Of a stretch of 64,000 nucleotides of DNA, positions 60,313-64,000 are shown in pieces. Location of the stretch: positions 478,036 to 542,035 of the forward strand of contig NC_019683.1 of the NCBI RefSeq assembly GCF_000316605.1, written 5' to 3'. Numbering within the stretch: position 1 is the stretch's first letter; each line of letters starts with the position of its first letter. The notes under the pieces are model-generated. The model was not told the DNA's origin. It worked only from the letters and a program-made list of their open reading frames with translations, and made no database searches. The position numbers and the translations under genes are program-made. The stretch is from [Leptolyngbya] sp. PCC 7376 (GTDB lineage Bacteria > Cyanobacteriota > Cyanobacteriia > Cyanobacteriales > MRBY01).

Positions 60313-61077
60313 CTAGTTGACTTCAGTGATGCTGACGATACGACCACCAGCACGGTGAATGCGCTGAATCTGAGGTGTCATGCGATTGCCAGGAACGATG
60401 TACTCGCTGTTGCTGACGCGGCGGGGGCTGTCAAACTTGAAGCTAGTTGCAACAATTTTGAAAGTCTTACCAGTTGCATCTGCATAACCAGCAATACGAC
60501 CACCAGTGGAAGGAGTCTCAGCATCAGTGGAGAGATCACAAGCAAGATCGTCAACAAGACGCGCATCAGTAAACGCACTGTCAACACCTGCATAACCCTG
60601 ATAAACAGAGAGCGTACGGTTATAAGTTACGTTCTTTTGACCTACCTGAGTCTGCGCACCACAGTAGTAAGGAACGATGTTCTCACCGAAGTTGGTAATA
60701 TACTCTTCACTGTCGATATAAGAATCAATCTCAGCATCGTAGCCAGCATCAACTGTCTTGCAGATGTGCTCAGAAAGCTCTGCTTGGTCAGCAGGAGAAC
60801 GACCGAGAAGATGCTTGAAATTTAGCTCTACGAAACGGTAGGGCGCACAGGATTCAAAATAGCGGCTTTGGTAAAAACTAGACTTTGCAACAGCACGAAC
60901 AAATTCACGTACTGTTAGCTCACCATTAGCAAGCTGAGACTCAGCTTCAACTAGACGCTCACTTTCCATTACATGGGGATTTCCAAGCACTTGCTTGTAA
61001 ACCGCACGAACGACAGTGGATACATCGGCATTGCTTGTACTGGAAAGTTCGACTGGAGTATCTAAAACTACACTCAT
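60313..61077 (-). CDS. cpeD: phycobilisome rod linker polypeptide with CpcD domain, CpeD-like
   Basis: PBS-linker domain + C-terminal CpcD domain; RBS aggag. Confidence 0.8.
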   Translation of the reverse strand: MSVVLDTPVELSSTSNADVSTVVRAVYKQVLGNPHVMESERLVEAESQLANGELTVREFVRAVAKSSFYQSRYFESCAPYRFVELNFKHLLGRSPADQAELSEHICKTVDAGYDAEIDSYIDSEEYITNFGENIVPYYCGAQTQVGQKNVTYNRTLSVYQGYAGVDSAFTDARLVDDLACDLSTDAETPSTGGRIAGYADATGKTFKIVATSFKFDSPRRVSNSEYIVPGNRMTPQIQRIHRAGGRIVSITEVN

Positions 61078-61139
61078 GGAATGAAAGCTCCTAAAGAAAT
61101 TAAAGAGGTTTTTTTAAAAAAAGCTTAGAATTGCGAGAT

Positions 61140-62021
61140 CTAGCAAGGTGTGATGCTAGAGATTACACCGCCAGTTGCATGGATCCGCTTGTACTCATCG
61201 CTAAGACGATTGAAAGGTACGTAGTAAACTTTGTTGCTACGGCGGAACTTGGAAATGCGATTGACTTTGCCGGGAGAAGCATAGCCTGTAACTTCGATGC
61301 GGAACATCTTGCCGTTTTCGCCTGCACCAGAACCAAGACGAGTCAAGCCAGCATCGCGCACATTGGACTCTTGGAAAGACCAGCCATTACCAGCAGAACC
61401 AGCAGAAGGTGAAACAACAGGAATTGGAGTGTTGTTGATCACGTTGCGGTTGAGGACAGGGTTAATGCCAGAGATACTACCTTTTAGGTCACTGCTAGAT
61501 GCGCCACGCTGCATTGCAAATGTATGCGTGAAGCTAACCATGCTGATGCCAGCGGAAGTCTTATAACCACGGAGGTAAGGGACAAAGTCTTCACCGAATG
61601 TCGCTTGATATTCGTCACTGTCGAGGTAAGAGTCGATTTCTGCTTCATAGCCACCGTTGTCGAGGAGGGTGCTATGCACACGCATTTCTTCAAGGTCTTT
61701 GGGAGTACGACCCAAGAAGTGTTTGAAGTTGAGCTCGATGAAACGGTAACGAGGTGTTGTTTCAAAGAAACGGCTACTGTACAAATCGGATTTGGCGATC
61801 GCCCGTACAAATTCACGAACGCTCAATTCGCCTCTTTTGAATTGCGATTCTGCTACAGAAGCACGCTCGCTTTCCATTACATAGGCATTACCTAAGATTT
61901 GGCGGTAGATAGCACGAATGATAGCTTCTTGCTCATCTGCACGTTGTCCCGGAATGGACTCAATCGGGTCAGTCTCTTCAAAGAGAGCAACGCCGAGTCT
62001 GGATGCGGGTCCAAAAGTCAT
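61140..62021 (-). CDS. cpeC: phycobilisome rod linker polypeptide with CpcD domain, CpeC-like
   Basis: Start at MTFGPASRLGV (RBS ggag); linker domain + CpcD domain (MFRIEVTGY...VYYVPFNRLSDEYKRIH). Confidence 0.8.
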   Translation of the reverse strand: MTFGPASRLGVALFEETDPIESIPGQRADEQEAIIRAIYRQILGNAYVMESERASVAESQFKRGELSVREFVRAIAKSDLYSSRFFETTPRYRFIELNFKHFLGRTPKDLEEMRVHSTLLDNGGYEAEIDSYLDSDEYQATFGEDFVPYLRGYKTSAGISMVSFTHTFAMQRGASSSDLKGSISGINPVLNRNVINNTPIPVVSPSAGSAGNGWSFQESNVRDAGLTRLGSGAGENGKMFRIEVTGYASPGKVNRISKFRRSNKVYYVPFNRLSDEYKRIHATGGVISSITPC

Positions 62022-62626
62022 AAGAAGAGGATCTCCTTTATCAATCAATATTTGGGTTTTCGGTGGGGGAAATGACCGTTAAAGGTGGGGTTCCCAACCC
62101 GATCCCTGAGCAATCCTAGTGCATCTCTTAATGCTGAATTTCAGCTCGAAATCTCAAAAAAATACCGAGCTAGCACAAAGTACTGCTACGCGTTATCCGA
62201 GCAGCAGCGCCAGAGAAATCCGTAGCATATATAACGAAAAACATTGGATACTCAAGACAAATATTGCGTTCTCCCGGACACAAACTATCGGTGGACGCAA
62301 TATAACGTAATAAACGTTACAGAACGTCACGCGCCGACACTCATGGTTCAAAAAGTTCCAATGTTTGGTGTGAACTGTAAATGCTGCTAGCTAAGCTTTT
62401 CTAGTATCTACAGTACGGGTGCTTGAAATATAAATTTTAGTAGTGTTCTCTTAATGTTTAAGGCCGTTTTCTGATGTTGATCGCGGTGATTTTAGGAACA
62501 ATCTTCCGAAAAGTATCTGGCTAGGCTTAAATAAGTGCCTTTGTGAAGAAATGTTTGGCTACGATGCGGATGGCGATCGCCTACAATCAGATCTTGATGT
62601 TGAGTTGTATTTGATTTGCCTGTCTA

Positions 62627-63142
62627 ATGAACTATTTGATCGCTGTTTACCCTGACCGCATCACCGCTGAAGCTGCATACACCGATCTAGAGCAATCCGA
62701 GATTCCGAAGTCTGATCTAACGATCCTTGGGAAAGGCTATCAAACAGCAGATGAGTTTGGGTTTATCGATCCCACTCAGCAAGGGAAAAAACAAGCAAAG
62801 TTAATGTCATTTTGGTTGGTGCCTTTTGGCTTTTTCGGTGGATTTGTTTTTGACTACATCACTGGGCTAAATACTTTCGCTTGGGCTGGAACGCCAGGGA
62901 ATCATATTGTTGGTGGTTTGGCTGGTGCTATCGGTGGGGCAATGGGCAGTTTTTTCGTAGGGAATAGTATCGGTGTTTTAATGGGTAGTGGTGATGCGTT
63001 GCCCTATCGTAATCGTCTCAATATGGGTAAGTATCTCGTTATTTATAAGTACGATGTGAGTCAGTATCGTGATTTAGCAACTCGGATTTTCCAAGATACA
63101 AATCCCGAAAATTTACAGGGGTACTCGGAAGAGTCTGCTTAA
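62627..63142 (+). CDS. hypothetical membrane protein with glycine-zipper segment
   Basis: 171 aa; GGLAGAIGGAMGSFFVGNSIGVLMG Gly-zipper TM region. Confidence 0.4.
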   Translation: MNYLIAVYPDRITAEAAYTDLEQSEIPKSDLTILGKGYQTADEFGFIDPTQQGKKQAKLMSFWLVPFGFFGGFVFDYITGLNTFAWAGTPGNHIVGGLAGAIGGAMGSFFVGNSIGVLMGSGDALPYRNRLNMGKYLVIYKYDVSQYRDLATRIFQDTNPENLQGYSEESA

Positions 63143-63349
63143 TTTGTGATTGCTCCTGCTTTTGAGGCGATCGCCCATTTGTTGCCCAATGCTCGTCATG
63201 GGAGTGTTGGTTAGAAGTGAAGATAAAAATAGGCGATCGCCTGATCACAATTCTGCGGAGCTGCGGCTTCTGCAATCGGGGAAAGTGAGGTTAAATGGGA
63301 TGGGAATTTTTCTCATAGCCCTTAGTTACCGAGCCTTAAACAGAAAATT

Positions 63350-64000
63350 ATGGTTGCCCTCACCCCAAATCCGAGTTACAGCGTTACCCTCCGTCTGCGT
63401 ATTCCCAACCAAGCAGGGACTTTGGCGCAAGTAACCCAGGCGATTGCCAAGGTCGGGGGTAGCTTAGGAAATATTGAGCTGATTGAACGGGATTTGAAAT
63501 TTTTGCTGCGGGATATCACCGTGGATGCGTCTAGTGATAAGCATGCCGATGAAATTGTCGAGGCCGTTAAAGCTGTCGAAAATATCGAAGTTGTAGATGT
63601 TGCTGACCGTACTTTTGCGATTCACCGTGGTGGAAAAATCACTGTAGAAAGTCGTATTCCCCTAACGGTGCAATCAGATTTGGCAATGGCCTATACACCT
63701 GGTGTTGGTCGTGTTTGTAAGGCGATCGCCGAATCTCCAGAGCGGGTTTTTGATCTCACAGTAAAAAGCAATATGGTGGCGATCGTCACCGATGGTAGTG
63801 CTGTGCTGGGTTTAGGAAATCTTGGAGCAGAAGCATCGATGCCTGTGATGGAAGGGAAAGCAATGCTCTTCAAAGAATTTGCAGGTATTAATGCCTTTCC
63901 CATCTGTCTCGATACCCAAGATGTTGATGAAATCGTCAAAACCGTTAAATATTTAGCGCCTGTTTTCGGTGGGGTGAACCTTGAGGATATTGCTGCACCC
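63350..64000 (+). CDS. NAD(P)-dependent malic enzyme (N-terminal ACT-like domain + malic enzyme domain), 3' partial, runs off window
   Basis: …SMPVMEGKAMLFKEFAGINAFPICLDT…VNLEDIAAP malic-enzyme signatures; no stop before window end. Confidence 0.85.
   Translation, partial: MVALTPNPSYSVTLRLRIPNQAGTLAQVTQAIAKVGGSLGNIELIERDLKFLLRDITVDASSDKHADEIVEAVKAVENIEVVDVADRTFAIHRGGKITVESRIPLTVQSDLAMAYTPGVGRVCKAIAESPERVFDLTVKSNMVAIVTDGSAVLGLGNLGAEASMPVMEGKAMLFKEFAGINAFPICLDTQDVDEIVKTVKYLAPVFGGVNLEDIAAP

Noticed and set aside
1-64000. tRNA, rRNA, CRISPR arrays, IS transposases
   Set aside because: I found no T-loop (GTTCGA/GTTCAA-type) tRNA signatures with matching acceptor stems, no rRNA-like conserved blocks, no repeat-spacer arrays and no transposase-like ORFs. 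Absence is by visual inspection only.

Overview
This is a 64-kb cyanobacterial chromosomal window. The HIP1 octamer GCGATCGC recurs every few hundred bp. Cyanobacterial hallmarks are present: Ycf39, NblA, cytochrome c6, a phycoerythrin-type linker/lyase operon, CpcS/CpcT lyases and a multi-domain Ser/Thr-kinase/His-kinase giant.

Housekeeping genes identified include radC, nadK, nadA, msrA, tldD/pmbA, der, malic enzyme, a DegT aminotransferase, a crcB pair and an ABC ATPase.

The most notable content, in my ranking:
(1) A sequence at 46539..46650 matches the guanidine-I (ykkC) riboswitch at all its conserved blocks. It sits directly upstream of an SSF (DUR3-like) Na+/solute symporter and an arginase-family hydrolase, a candidate guanidine uptake and guanidinase operon.
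(2) A gene cluster at 18.5-22.7 kb encodes a group-II PLP decarboxylase (HDC-like) fused to a PF10014-type Fe/2OG amino-acid hydroxylase domain, a tandem stand-alone paralog of that hydroxylase, and a class-V aminotransferase. It is followed by threonine-catabolic genes (tdh, kbl, threonine dehydratase).
(3) An approximately 6.7-kb rearranged island at 26.7-33.5 kb is bounded by duplicated ilvA-3' / SDR-5' gene fragments. It carries a HEPN/MNT toxin-antitoxin pair, an ATP-grasp-like protein, a pentapeptide-repeat protein and a flotillin-like SPFH protein.
(4) A ParA ATPase with a charged coiled-coil partner ending in a near-C-terminal tryptophan is a candidate McdAB (carboxysome positioning) pair.
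(5) A cpeC-cpeD-cpeE-cpeS-cpeT-(cpeR?) type operon has a membrane-anchored CpcG/CpcL-type rod-core linker inserted among the rod linkers.

Several small structured or repeated DNA elements are also reported: a 44-bp perfect palindrome, a 17-bp inverted-repeat element, and a decayed duplicate of the histidine-kinase 3' end.
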